32,000 nucleotides of DNA. It comes from Candidatus Hadarchaeales archaeon (GTDB lineage Archaea; Hadarchaeota; Hadarchaeia; Hadarchaeales; Hadarchaeaceae). Made by a program: the position numbers and the translations under genes. The DNA lies in the NCBI GenBank assembly GCA_038823825.1, contig JAWBCC010000001.1, positions 180,001 through 212,000 of the forward strand, read 5' to 3'. The notes beneath the pieces are model-generated. The model saw nothing but the letters and a program-made list of their open reading frames with translations. It had not been told where the DNA came from and did no database searches. Below are positions 1 through 8,918 of the stretch, one piece after another. Numbering within the stretch: position 1 is the stretch's first letter; each line of letters starts with the position of its first letter.

Positions 1-1
1 A

Positions 2-469
2 GGAAGTCCACTACAAAATTTGATTTTGAAAAAGAAATACGAAACAAAAATAACAGCTTTTCGGATCGGCAGAGACATAGATGCTGGGGAAATTTATTTG
101 AAAGTCCCATTTTACATAGGATTGGGTAGCGCAGAGGAAATTTTTATTAAAGCATCTGAGATCATTTTCACAAAAATGATTCCTCAAATTTTAGAATCCA
201 GACCAATTCCTGTACCACAAACGGGGGAAGTAGTAATTTTCAAAAGAAGAAGCCCAGAGGAAAGTAATTTAGCAGGAGCAGATATTAAAAATCTCGATGA
301 TCTTTATGATTTCATAAGAATGTTGGACGCTGAGGGATACCCCAGAGCTTTCATTAAGATAAATAATGTGGTAATCTTGTTTTCAGAAGCACACAAGAAG
401 GAAGGAAAAGTAGTTGGGAGGTTTGAGGCAGTTGAAGAACAAAATTCTGGCTATAGTAGCGCACCCTGA
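2..469 (+). CDS. Formyltransferase family protein (methionyl-tRNA formyltransferase-like / sugar N-formyltransferase), 3' part only, truncated by window edge
   Basis: The reading frame is open to the window start. The translation GSPLQNLILKKKYETKITAFRIGRDIDAGEIYLK resembles the conserved 'GGSPLQNLI...K.T..R....DAG.IY' segment of Fmt-like formyltransferases. The catalytic N-terminus lies outside the window. Confidence 0.75.
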   Translation, partial: GSPLQNLILKKKYETKITAFRIGRDIDAGEIYLKVPFYIGLGSAEEIFIKASEIIFTKMIPQILESRPIPVPQTGEVVIFKRRSPEESNLAGADIKNLDDLYDFIRMLDAEGYPRAFIKINNVVILFSEAHKKEGKVVGRFEAVEEQNSGYSSAP

Positions 470-1109
470 TGATGAAATTTTAGGATGTGGTGGAACTCTA
501 GCCAAGTTTGCAAAACAGGGATGGGAAGTATATGTGCTGAGTCTTAGTCGCGGCGTAACTTCGCGATACGAAAGTGAAGAAAAAAGTAGCAAAAAAAAGA
601 TTAGTGAGTTAGAAATTCAGGCTCGAGAGGCAAATAAGATAATTGGCACAAAGCGACTTTTCATGCTCGATTTTCCAGACAATATGTTTGATACAATACC
701 CCTACTTAAAATTGTAAAATCAATTGAAAAAATTAAAAACATGATACGTCCTAGTTTTGTTTTTACTCACTTCAGAGAGGATCTCAATATTGATCATAGA
801 ATAACATATGAGGCAACTATTACTGCAATGAGGCCTTTACCTAATGAAACCGTGAAAGAGATACTTTCCTTCGAAATAATGTCTTCAACGGAATGGCGGT
901 ACCCCACTCGTTTTTCACCAAATGTATTTGTCGATATATCGGATACGATTGATCTAAAGCTTCATGCCATGGAGGCCTACAAAGAGGAGTTGAGAACACC
1001 TCCTCACCCCCGCTCTCTCGAAACTATAAAATTTAATGCGGCAGTTTGGGGAAGTAAAGTTGGTCTAAAATTTGCCGAAGCCTTTGAATTAATACGGAAA
1101 GTATGCTAA
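414..1109 (+). CDS. PIG-L (LmbE-like) family deacetylase; start may be TTG at 432 (MKNKILAIVAHPDDE)
   Basis: AHPDDEILGCGG motif near the N-terminus and 'THFREDLNIDHR' (HxxDxxxDH-type metal motif). Confidence 0.9.
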   Translation: MGGLRQLKNKILAIVAHPDDEILGCGGTLAKFAKQGWEVYVLSLSRGVTSRYESEEKSSKKKISELEIQAREANKIIGTKRLFMLDFPDNMFDTIPLLKIVKSIEKIKNMIRPSFVFTHFREDLNIDHRITYEATITAMRPLPNETVKEILSFEIMSSTEWRYPTRFSPNVFVDISDTIDLKLHAMEAYKEELRTPPHPRSLETIKFNAAVWGSKVGLKFAEAFELIRKVC

Positions 1110-1125
1110 TTTATGGTCTGATAGA

Positions 1126-1725
1126 ATGAAGCAGAAACACGGAAACTTGGCAAATTTACGTCTGAAAAAATTCAAAATTGATGATATAGAGCTGATTAAT
1201 TTCGTGAATTTAAACAAAGACGAGAAGAACATCGTTTTGAAGATGAGAAATCATGATACAGTGAGGAAGTGGATGTATAATAATAGGATCATCTCGCCGC
1301 ACGAACATTACCGTTTTATTTGGTCTCTCAAAAAAGATTCAAAAAACTTCTATTTTTTGGTCAGGAGGCAAAACAAATTTATGGGGGTAGTGTATCTAAC
1401 CAGAGTGGATTTCATGAACAGAAACGGATATTTGGGTCTGTATGCGAATCCTTTTTTTTCTGAGAAAAAAATTGGAACAATTTTGGGAAATATTCTTCTA
1501 AAACTTGCTTTCGACATTGCGGGACTTCACACTCTGAAGCTGGAGGTCATAGAGGACAACGAGAGGGCGATACATCTATATAAAAAATTGGGTTTTGTCG
1601 AAGAAGGAAGGTTGAGAGAATTTGTCTTCAGAGATGGAAAGTGGAAAGACGTAATTATTATGGGAATGACCGAAGAGGAATATCGGAGAAAGCGTCATGA
1701 AAGTGGAGTTGAAAATAGGAGATAG
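1126..1725 (+). CDS. GNAT acetyltransferase, PseH-like (UDP-4-amino-4,6-dideoxy-sugar N-acetyltransferase)
   Basis: GNAT fold signatures (NDNERAIHLYKKLGFVEEGRLREFVFRDGKWKDVIIMGM) with 'MRNHDTVRKWMYNNRIISPHEHYRFI' typical of PseH. Adjacent to and overlapping the PseI-like gene. Confidence 0.8.
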   Translation: MKQKHGNLANLRLKKFKIDDIELINFVNLNKDEKNIVLKMRNHDTVRKWMYNNRIISPHEHYRFIWSLKKDSKNFYFLVRRQNKFMGVVYLTRVDFMNRNGYLGLYANPFFSEKKIGTILGNILLKLAFDIAGLHTLKLEVIEDNERAIHLYKKLGFVEEGRLREFVFRDGKWKDVIIMGMTEEEYRRKRHESGVENRR

Positions 1726-2749
1726 AATAATCGGCGAGGGGCATCCAGTATTCATAGTCGCCGAGCTTTCCGCAAATCATCTTCAAAAGTTGGACTTGGC
1801 GAAAGAAACGATAAAAGCCATGAAAAAGGCGGGCGCGGACGCGGTAAAGCTCCAGACTTACACTCCCGATACGCTTACGATAAACTCAAAAAAGGATTAT
1901 TTTAAAATCAAACAGGGGACGCCTTGGGACGGCCACTATCTCTACGATCTCTACAAACAGGCTTACATGCCTTGGGAATGGCACGAGGAGTTATTTGATC
2001 TCGCCAGAAAACTAAATCTCATATGCTTTTCCACACCATACGAGAGAACCGCCGTCGATTTTTTGAAAAAGTTTGATGTTCCAGCCTACAAAATCGCTTC
2101 TTTTGAGGTAACCGATATCCCCTTCATCGAATATGTCGCCAGCCAAGGAAAACCGGTGATGATCTCAACGGGAATCGCTACCCTCTCCGATATCGAGGAA
2201 GCTCTCACCGCCTGCAGGAGGGTCGGTAATGATCAGGTCATCCTCCTAAAGTGTGTCTCAGAATATCCAACACCTTTGGAAAATGTCAATTTATTGACGA
2301 TCTCCGACATGAGGAAAAGGTTCGGAGTTCTTGTAGGTCTTTCAGACCACACTCGCGGAATCTCTGTTCCAGTCGCCAGCGTGGCTCTGGGTGCGGTTTT
2401 GATAGAAAAGCACTTCATACTGGATAGAACGATCGGCGGACCTGACAGCGCTTTTTCGCTGGAGCCAAGAGAATTCTCGGAGATGGTGAAGGCAGTCAGA
2501 GAGGTTGAGAAGGCTCTCGGCAAACCGACCTATGAACTTACGGAAAAACAAAAGAAGAGCCGGCAGTTAGCAAGGTCGCTTTTCGTCGTTAGGGATGTAA
2601 AGAAAGGAGAGATGTTTACCGAGGAGAACGTCAGATCGATAAGACCAAACTACGGCCTACCACCGAAGTATCTCAAAGAAATCCTCGGCAGAAGGGCAAA
2701 GTTTGACATAGAAGCAGGCACACCCCTGACTTGGGAAATGATAGAGTAA
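1697..2749 (+). CDS. pseI: Pseudaminic acid synthase (NeuB superfamily)
   Basis: VAELSANHLQKLDLAKETIKAMKKAGADAVKLQTYTPDTLT, TPWDGHYLYDLYKQAYMPWEWHEELF, VGLSDHTRG, and a C-terminal SAF-like domain (ARSLFVVRDVKKGEMFTEENVRSIRP). These match PseI better than NeuB or LegI. Confidence 0.88.
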   Translation: MKVELKIGDRIIGEGHPVFIVAELSANHLQKLDLAKETIKAMKKAGADAVKLQTYTPDTLTINSKKDYFKIKQGTPWDGHYLYDLYKQAYMPWEWHEELFDLARKLNLICFSTPYERTAVDFLKKFDVPAYKIASFEVTDIPFIEYVASQGKPVMISTGIATLSDIEEALTACRRVGNDQVILLKCVSEYPTPLENVNLLTISDMRKRFGVLVGLSDHTRGISVPVASVALGAVLIEKHFILDRTIGGPDSAFSLEPREFSEMVKAVREVEKALGKPTYELTEKQKKSRQLARSLFVVRDVKKGEMFTEENVRSIRPNYGLPPKYLKEILGRRAKFDIEAGTPLTWEMIE

Positions 2750-2752
2750 GAA

Positions 2753-4078
2753 TCAGGTTAGCCTCTTGAATCCAGCATGGGCGACTGGTCCTTTCAGCAT
2801 GCTTTGAACTTTCTCATCCGCGATGGCTTTAGCAAGAATTTCGAAAACTTCGTCGACATTTCCGAGATACTTCTCGATGCATTCTTCTGTGTGGCTATAG
2901 GAGACATAAAAGCTCTTGGATGCTAAAAATCCTCTCTCGAGCATTTCCTGCGTGAAGAGAGTGTATATCTCCTGGTTTATCTCTCCATAGCCCAGCTTGT
3001 AAGTGGCCAGAGCCGGCATTCCGACAACCTCAAGTTTTAGACCGTTTTCATCTGCCATCTCTTTCCATCCTTTCATAACCTTCTCACCGATTTTTCTCAC
3101 GTGCGCAGGTACTCTACACCTCTTCAGCTTTCTGATGGTCGCGATAGCCGCCGCCGGTCCTATCCTTTCCGTCCAGTAAGTGCTGCTTATAAAGCTCTCC
3201 TGCGCCACATCCATCACTTCTCCTCGCCCGATAACAGCACCCATTGGGAAGCCGTTACTCATAGCCTTCCCGAAAACGGCAATGTCAGGATAGACCCCAT
3301 AAAGCATGTGAATTCCACCGACATTCATTCTCCACCCCGAAGATATTTCATCAAAAATCAGGACCGCTCCGATTTCGTCGGCGATTTTCCTCACTTTCTG
3401 AAGGAAGCCGTTTTTCGGTTCTTGTTCCCTTCTCGGTTCCATCACAATAACTCCAATATCGTCGTTTTCCTGGATGATTTTTTCTAATTCCTCTATCTTG
3501 TTGTAATGGAAAGGCAATGCTGTGCCTTTTAGAACTCTGGGAACCCCAAGCGGCTTTAAGCCAGGAAGGAGGTGTCCATCAAGACTTCGCTCATCCGCTA
3601 AATTTGCCGCTAGATACCAGTCATGCCAGCCGTGATATCCGCAGAAAGCGATTTTGTCTTTTCGGGTATATGCTCTGGCAATTCTGACAGCAACCGCCAT
3701 TGCTTCCCCACCAGTTCTTGTATATCTGACCATCTCAGCCCAAGGATGGAGTTTTAAAAGAAGTTCGGCGAGCTCGACCTCTTCCGGAGAGTTCAAGGTA
3801 CACATCGAGCCCTCGTTTATCACTTTCTTCACGGCTTCGTTCACATCGTCATCCGAGTAACCGAGAATGCAGGCGCCAATCCCCATATATGTATCGATGT
3901 ATCTGTTTCCATCTAGATCCCACACCTCAACCCCTTTTGCTCGTCGAAAGTACGATGGCCACTGCTCGGGTAGAAACATCTCTGCCCTTTTCGAGAGGAG
4001 CTGTGTTCCTCCCGGAATGAGCTTTTTGGCTTTTTTCCAGAGTTTTATACCTTTGCTGGGCTTTCTCACATTCATCAC
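2753..4078 (-). CDS. Glutamate-1-semialdehyde aminotransferase-like class III (PLP) aminotransferase, sugar-cluster type
   Basis: GGTQLLSKR, LDGNRYIDTYMGIG, RYTRTGGEAMAVAVRIARAYTRKDKIAFCGYHGWHDWY, VLIFDEISSGWRMN, FGKAMSNGFPMGAVIG (PLP lysine). Located within a sugar-nucleotide operon, so a haem role is unlikely. Confidence 0.88.
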   Translation of the reverse strand: MMNVRKPSKGIKLWKKAKKLIPGGTQLLSKRAEMFLPEQWPSYFRRAKGVEVWDLDGNRYIDTYMGIGACILGYSDDDVNEAVKKVINEGSMCTLNSPEEVELAELLLKLHPWAEMVRYTRTGGEAMAVAVRIARAYTRKDKIAFCGYHGWHDWYLAANLADERSLDGHLLPGLKPLGVPRVLKGTALPFHYNKIEELEKIIQENDDIGVIVMEPRREQEPKNGFLQKVRKIADEIGAVLIFDEISSGWRMNVGGIHMLYGVYPDIAVFGKAMSNGFPMGAVIGRGEVMDVAQESFISSTYWTERIGPAAAIATIRKLKRCRVPAHVRKIGEKVMKGWKEMADENGLKLEVVGMPALATYKLGYGEINQEIYTLFTQEMLERGFLASKSFYVSYSHTEECIEKYLGNVDEVFEILAKAIADEKVQSMLKGPVAHAGFKRLT

Positions 4079-4839
4079 TTTTTTACAATCTCTCTGTCTT
4101 CTCTTAACGATTTTTCGTATCCTTCATTCCTTTTTATGCCGCGGTTTATTTCGGCAAGTTCAGGATGCTCCTTCAGCAACTCCAAAACATCCTGCATGTG
4201 AAAGATTTCTTTTCCAATTCTTTCGTAAACCTCTCTCACAAATCTCAGATCCTCTTCTCTGTCGACGGTCCAACGCAAATGAGAGAGATCATGCTCAGCC
4301 TCAAAACTTCCTATCTTAAATTTTTCGGGATGTTTTCGTATGTATGGTGTGACGTGCTCTCTCTCCGAAAGTTTGGTGGCATTCTCCCACGCCTTTTTCA
4401 AAGCATCAAACGAGAACACCTCCACATCGAGTCCATCCGGAAAAGTTGGCCTGACAGTATTGCTCACATAATCAAAATCACCTTTCAAGAAAAATTCCAC
4501 CGTTTTATCGACGATTTCTGGGTCAATAAGAGGACAATCAGCGGTAATCCGAACAACAACGTCCGCTTTAAATTCTTTGGCCGCCCGATAATATCTGTCT
4601 AAAACATCATCTTCGCTACCCCGGAAGGTCTTGACCCTGCACTGCTCTGCAATTTTTACGATTTCATCATCTTCAGCATTTGTTGTAGTGGCTACAACGA
4701 TTTCATTTATGAGCTTAGCTCTTTTCACCCGCTCTATCACATACCATAACATGGGTTTTCCACAGATCTCTTTCAGAACTTTGCCCGGAAGACGGGTAGA
4801 TCCCACTCTCGCTTGTATGATAGCTACAGTTTTTCTCAT
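4075..4839 (-). CDS. SpsF/PseF-like cytidylyltransferase family protein
   Basis: MRKTVAIIQARVGSTRLPGKVLKEICGKPMLWYVIERVKRAKLINEIVVATTTNAEDDEI. Start reassigned from 4956 to 4839, 2 nt downstream of the preceding stop (4842). Confidence 0.85.
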   Translation of the reverse strand: MRKTVAIIQARVGSTRLPGKVLKEICGKPMLWYVIERVKRAKLINEIVVATTTNAEDDEIVKIAEQCRVKTFRGSEDDVLDRYYRAAKEFKADVVVRITADCPLIDPEIVDKTVEFFLKGDFDYVSNTVRPTFPDGLDVEVFSFDALKKAWENATKLSEREHVTPYIRKHPEKFKIGSFEAEHDLSHLRWTVDREEDLRFVREVYERIGKEIFHMQDVLELLKEHPELAEINRGIKRNEGYEKSLREDREIVKK

Positions 4840-4841
4840 CC

Positions 4842-5834
4842 TTAGACCCTCACCACTCTTCCGGTTTTCGCGGATAGTTTCGCAGCAAGCGCTATTTCCA
4901 AGGTCATTTTTCCCTCCTCGCCATTTACTTCCGGTCTGTCTTTTCCCTCCAAACATTTTATGAAATGTCTCATTTCCTCTACATACATTCTATTCCAGTC
5001 ACATCCCCGATACACATTTCGCCATTTTTTGTTTTTTGCCAGAAAAACTCTTACACTTCCAGCGGGGAAACTCCAGACAACAGTTCCTTCCTCTCCTACG
5101 ATCTCGCACATTCTAGAATAATCCCTCCTCACGAAATCGATATGAACGTTTGAAAGTTTGTTTTTTTCATGCTTCATGAGAATGCTCGCCGTATCCTCGA
5201 CATTGATTTCAAGCGGGCTCAACTTTCCAGCGAAACAAAAGACCTCATTGACATTTCCCAAAAGCCATCTCATATAGTCTATCTCATGTGATCCGTCCAA
5301 AATTATTCCGCCACCCATCTCCTTCCTAGCTGTGTAGCTTTTCCGATAATCCTGCCAAGGTCTCCAGTCAGGAAGATATTGCTCAGCCTGTGCTCTACCG
5401 AACATCACTTTTCCGATCTCTCCACTTTCGATAATTTTTTTCACGAGTCGCATACCGGGATGAAATCTGAAATTGTATCCCACCGAAATGATCAAACCCT
5501 TTTTCTCTGCTTCTTCGATAATTTCGTCTACACCATCCATCGAGTGGGAGAGGGGTTTTTCGATGAACACATTTGCACCCGCATGCAAGGCCTGCCTGGC
5601 AAGAGGGACATGATTAACCGGAGGCGTACAGATGAGAGCCCCATCAGGTTTTTTCGCTAACGCCGATTCCAAATTCTTCTCGATTTCTACTCCATATTTT
5701 TCTCCAACATATTTGAGCCTCTTCGCATCGCTGTCGTATGCCGAAAGTTTTTTGATCCCCAACGAAAGCAGATTTTTAATGTGACGTTCTCCTATAGACC
5801 CACATCCTACAACCAAAATTTTAAGGTCCTTCAT
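4842..5834 (-). CDS. Gfo/Idh/MocA family NAD(P)-dependent oxidoreductase
   Basis: MKDLKILVVGCGSIGERHIKNLL Rossmann motif, IEKPLS motif (EKP), GGGIILDGSHEIDYMRWLLG. Confidence 0.9.
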   Translation of the reverse strand: MKDLKILVVGCGSIGERHIKNLLSLGIKKLSAYDSDAKRLKYVGEKYGVEIEKNLESALAKKPDGALICTPPVNHVPLARQALHAGANVFIEKPLSHSMDGVDEIIEEAEKKGLIISVGYNFRFHPGMRLVKKIIESGEIGKVMFGRAQAEQYLPDWRPWQDYRKSYTARKEMGGGIILDGSHEIDYMRWLLGNVNEVFCFAGKLSPLEINVEDTASILMKHEKNKLSNVHIDFVRRDYSRMCEIVGEEGTVVWSFPAGSVRVFLAKNKKWRNVYRGCDWNRMYVEEMRHFIKCLEGKDRPEVNGEEGKMTLEIALAAKLSAKTGRVVRV

Positions 5835-6973
5835 CGGGAAATCTCCCTCCCGATTTCTTTGACCACAGATATTGTTCTCATGACATCCTCATCCGTCATT
5901 TTGGGAAATAAGGGCAAGGTGACTATTCTTTCGCTAATGTCTTCAGCCACTGGAAAATCTTCTGGTCTGAAACCGAATTTTTCCCTATAATAGGAAAATT
6001 TGTAGACGGGAATGTAGTGCACCGCCGCACCGATTCCCCTCTCCCTAAGATGAAGAATGAATTCATCTCTGTTGATCCCTTTACAGACAAGCACGGTGAA
6101 AATATGCCAAGCATGCCGAACGTGAGGTCGAGAAATCGGAAGTTCTACGAAAGGAACGTCAGCCAGTTCCTCCATGTAGATTTTGACGATCTCTTCTCTT
6201 CTTTTGAGGAAATATTCTAGCTTTTTCAGTTGGGAAAGACCGAGCGCAGCCTGAAAATCTGTCATTCTGTAATTTCTGCCCAGCATCTTCACATCGTATG
6301 TCCATTTCCCCTTAGGTCCAAACCTCTCAAGCGCGGCGGTTTCAACACCCTGATTTCTAAGGATTCGCATTTTTTCAGCGAGCTCATCATCATCAGTAAC
6401 GCACATCCCGCCCTCTCCTGTTGTGATATGCTTCACAGGATGGAAACTGAATATTGTGATGTCTGCGAAACTTCCAACCTTTTTTCCTTTATACTCGGCA
6501 CCAAGCGCGTGGGCTGCATCTTCAATCAGCCATAAGTCATTCTCCTCAGCAATCCTTTTCAGCTCATCGATTTCACAGGGATGCCCGGCAAAGTCAACGT
6601 AAATTATCGCCCTTGTTTTTTCGTTTATTTTTTTCTCGACCTCTTCGGGGTTTATATTAAAGGTATCTTTTTCTATGTCGGCGAAGACAGGCTTGAGCCC
6701 AGCATACAGGATAGAGTGCGCTGTAGCCACAAACGTAAATGGTGTTGTTATCACTTCTCCGCTCTCTATCTCCAAAGAATTGACAGCGATATCCAACGCG
6801 GCAGTCCCGGAGTTGACCGCAATCCCGTGTTTGCTCCCGACGTAATCGCATACAGCATTTTCAAATTCTTTAACTTTACTGCCCATTACGATCCAATCAC
6901 TTCGCAGAACCTTCACAACTTCTTCGATATCTTTCTCATCTATCCAGTGAAGTCCGTATGGAAGGAACTTCAT
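5831..6973 (-). CDS. DegT/DnrJ/EryC1 (AHBA_syn) PLP aminotransferase, PseC-like (UDP-4-amino-4,6-dideoxy-N-acetyl-altrosamine transaminase)
   Basis: SKHGIAVNSGTAALDIAVNSL, FIVYVDFAGHPCEI-type region, DAAHALGAEYKGKKVGSFADITIFSFHPVKHITTGEGGM. Start reassigned to MKFLPYG at 6973, giving a 4-nt overlap with the upstream stop. Confidence 0.85.
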   Translation of the reverse strand: MKFLPYGLHWIDEKDIEEVVKVLRSDWIVMGSKVKEFENAVCDYVGSKHGIAVNSGTAALDIAVNSLEIESGEVITTPFTFVATAHSILYAGLKPVFADIEKDTFNINPEEVEKKINEKTRAIIYVDFAGHPCEIDELKRIAEENDLWLIEDAAHALGAEYKGKKVGSFADITIFSFHPVKHITTGEGGMCVTDDDELAEKMRILRNQGVETAALERFGPKGKWTYDVKMLGRNYRMTDFQAALGLSQLKKLEYFLKRREEIVKIYMEELADVPFVELPISRPHVRHAWHIFTVLVCKGINRDEFILHLRERGIGAAVHYIPVYKFSYYREKFGFRPEDFPVAEDISERIVTLPLFPKMTDEDVMRTISVVKEIGREISR

Positions 6974-7896
6974 GCTCCCGCCAGCCATTGCTCGGTTTTC
7001 TTTATTCCCTCCTCCAAACTTATTGCAGGTTTCCATCCTAGAAGTTTTCTTGCTTTCGAAAAATCACATACGAGTTTTCTTATTTCAGCCTGTGGATGTG
7101 GATGCTTCACATGCTTTATCATTTTATTATTTCCACAGATCATAAGTGCGAGTTCGTTTATGCTCACATCTCTTCCAGTTCCCGCATTGATGATCTCACC
7201 CACAGCCCTTCTGCTCTCCATAGCCCTTACGATGAAGTCTGCACAGTCCTCGACATAAAGAAGATCGCGCGTCTGTTCGCCATCCCCGAAAACTAGGAGA
7301 GGTTTCTTCTCCAACTTTCTCTTGATGAAAATGCTAACTACCCCACCCTCGCTGTCGCTTCGCTGGAAAGGCCCGTAGGTGTTAAATGGTCTCGTTACGA
7401 CAACAGGCAATCCGTATGCCCGGAAGTAGGAGAGCGCAAGTTCCTCTCCTGCAAGCTTAGAACTGGCGTAAGGGGAGGCCGGCTTTACCGGGTGGTTCTC
7501 ACTTATCGGTTTTCCCAGACTGGTATCATAGACTAAACAAGTTCCAACGAGCACGAGTTTCGCATCACGTCTTCTGCATTCCTCCAAAACATTATGAGTT
7601 CCGATAACATTCACCCGAAATGTTTCCTCCGGATCTTCTATCGATTTCTGAACATTTATTTGGGCAGCAAGGTGAACGCAGATATCAACATCTTCAAAAA
7701 CTTTCTTCATTTTTCTGACATCTAGAACATCTCCCTTGACAAATTTGAAACATTTGTTTTTCAAGAATTCGTTTATGTTCGCTAAGCTGCCGCTACTCAA
7801 GTTGTCGTAAGCGATGACATTATAGTCAGAGGAAAGAAGCCTCTTCACAACCCATCTACCGATAAATCCTGCGCCCCCGGTGACCAGAACCTTCAA
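6970..7896 (-). CDS. NAD-dependent epimerase/dehydratase (extended SDR, UDP-glucose 4-epimerase-like)
   Basis: MKVLVTGGAGFIGRWVVKRLL, YASSKLAGEELALSYFRAYGLPVVVTRPFNTYGP, GDGEQTRDLLYVEDCADFIVRAM. Confidence 0.88.
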   Translation of the reverse strand: MKVLVTGGAGFIGRWVVKRLLSSDYNVIAYDNLSSGSLANINEFLKNKCFKFVKGDVLDVRKMKKVFEDVDICVHLAAQINVQKSIEDPEETFRVNVIGTHNVLEECRRRDAKLVLVGTCLVYDTSLGKPISENHPVKPASPYASSKLAGEELALSYFRAYGLPVVVTRPFNTYGPFQRSDSEGGVVSIFIKRKLEKKPLLVFGDGEQTRDLLYVEDCADFIVRAMESRRAVGEIINAGTGRDVSINELALMICGNNKMIKHVKHPHPQAEIRKLVCDFSKARKLLGWKPAISLEEGIKKTEQWLAGA

Positions 7897-7898
7897 AT

Positions 7899-8918
7899 TT
7901 AAGCCTCCGGAAGAAGCTCCTCAAGCATCTTTTCGATCTCTTTTTTGGTCATCGGTTTGGTATCACAGGATCTGTAGGGTTTAACCTCCGCCTTCTTAGC
8001 TTTTGGATACTCAAAATTTGCTCGTATCTCTTTTATCTCCGGAAGGACGATGAACATATCCTCGGTTTCTAGGGCTCTCTCGGCTTCCCCTTCCGTCATC
8101 AACTCCTCATAGAGCTTTTCTCCGGGCTTCCTCCCAATTATCTTGGTTTTTATCTTTTGGGGATCATGTCCATACTTCTCAGCAAACTTTTCGATCATAG
8201 TCGTAGCTAAGTCAGAGATGTTTACAACTGGCATCTTGAAAATGAAGATTTCCCCGCCTTTCGCCATTTCTGTGGCTCTTATGAGAAGCTCAATTGCCCT
8301 TTTGCTAGACATCACGAATCTTGTCATTGCCGGATCCGTGATGGTCACAGGACCGCCTTTTTTTATCTGCTCTAGGAAAACCGGGATGACTGAGCCGCTC
8401 GAACCAACGACGTTTCCGAATCTAACACTTGAAAAAACGCTTCTCCTAGCCCCTTTGTAATAATTGGCTGCTGTGATAAGCCTTTCACATAGAAGCTTTG
8501 TCGCCCCCATAACATTAGTTGGATTGACGGCTTTATCGCTACTCGTGAAGATCACTTTCTCGACTTCTTCTTGAATCGCTACATCAATCACGTTCTGCGT
8601 ACCCAAAACATTGGTTTTCACCGCCTCGAAGGGATTGTACTCGCACTCCTCCACGTGCTTCAAAGCGGCCGCATGAAAAACCAAATCTATATCTTCTACT
8701 GCATATCTCAATCTGTCTTTATCCCGGACATCTCCGAGAAGGAATCTTATGTCCTCTCTCTCCCCGATTTTCAATTTCAGCTCAAACAAACGTGTTTCAT
8801 CCGAGTCCAGAACTCTCACTACTTTCGGTTTGTGTTCAAGCAACTCTTGAACAAGCAGGCTTCCTATCGATCCTGCTCCTCCAGTCACGAGGATTTTCTT
8901 TCCTTCAATGAAGCTCAT
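7899..8918 (-). CDS. pseB: Polysaccharide biosynthesis protein, PseB-like UDP-GlcNAc 4,6-dehydratase (inverting)
   Basis: FIEGKKILVTGGAGSIGSLLVQELLEHKPKVVRVLDSDETRLFELKLK, DKDRLRYAVEDIDLVFHAAALKHVEECEYNPFEAVKTNVLGTQNVI, TSSDKAVNPTNVMGATKLLCE, GRKPGEKLYEELMTEGEAERA. Confidence 0.85.
   Translation of the reverse strand: MSFIEGKKILVTGGAGSIGSLLVQELLEHKPKVVRVLDSDETRLFELKLKIGEREDIRFLLGDVRDKDRLRYAVEDIDLVFHAAALKHVEECEYNPFEAVKTNVLGTQNVIDVAIQEEVEKVIFTSSDKAVNPTNVMGATKLLCERLITAANYYKGARRSVFSSVRFGNVVGSSGSVIPVFLEQIKKGGPVTITDPAMTRFVMSSKRAIELLIRATEMAKGGEIFIFKMPVVNISDLATTMIEKFAEKYGHDPQKIKTKIIGRKPGEKLYEELMTEGEAERALETEDMFIVLPEIKEIRANFEYPKAKKAEVKPYRSCDTKPMTKKEIEKMLEELLPEA

Noticed and set aside
383-592. Minus-strand 69-aa ORF overlapping the formyltransferase/PIG-L junction
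   Set aside because: Antisense to two well-supported genes with no recognisable domain. The same applies to the other short antisense ORFs across the window.
2753-4078. Annotation as haem-pathway hemL (glutamate-1-semialdehyde 2,1-aminomutase)
   Set aside because: Gene context is entirely sugar nucleotide metabolism, with a 4-nt overlap with a cytidylyltransferase. The sequence resembles GSA-type aminotransferases found in polysaccharide clusters.
4840-4956. N-terminal extension MFGGKRQTGSKWRGGKNDLG... of the cytidylyltransferase ORF
   Set aside because: It overlaps the upstream Gfo/Idh gene and precedes the conserved MRKTVAIIQARVGSTRLPGK start, so the start was moved to 4839.
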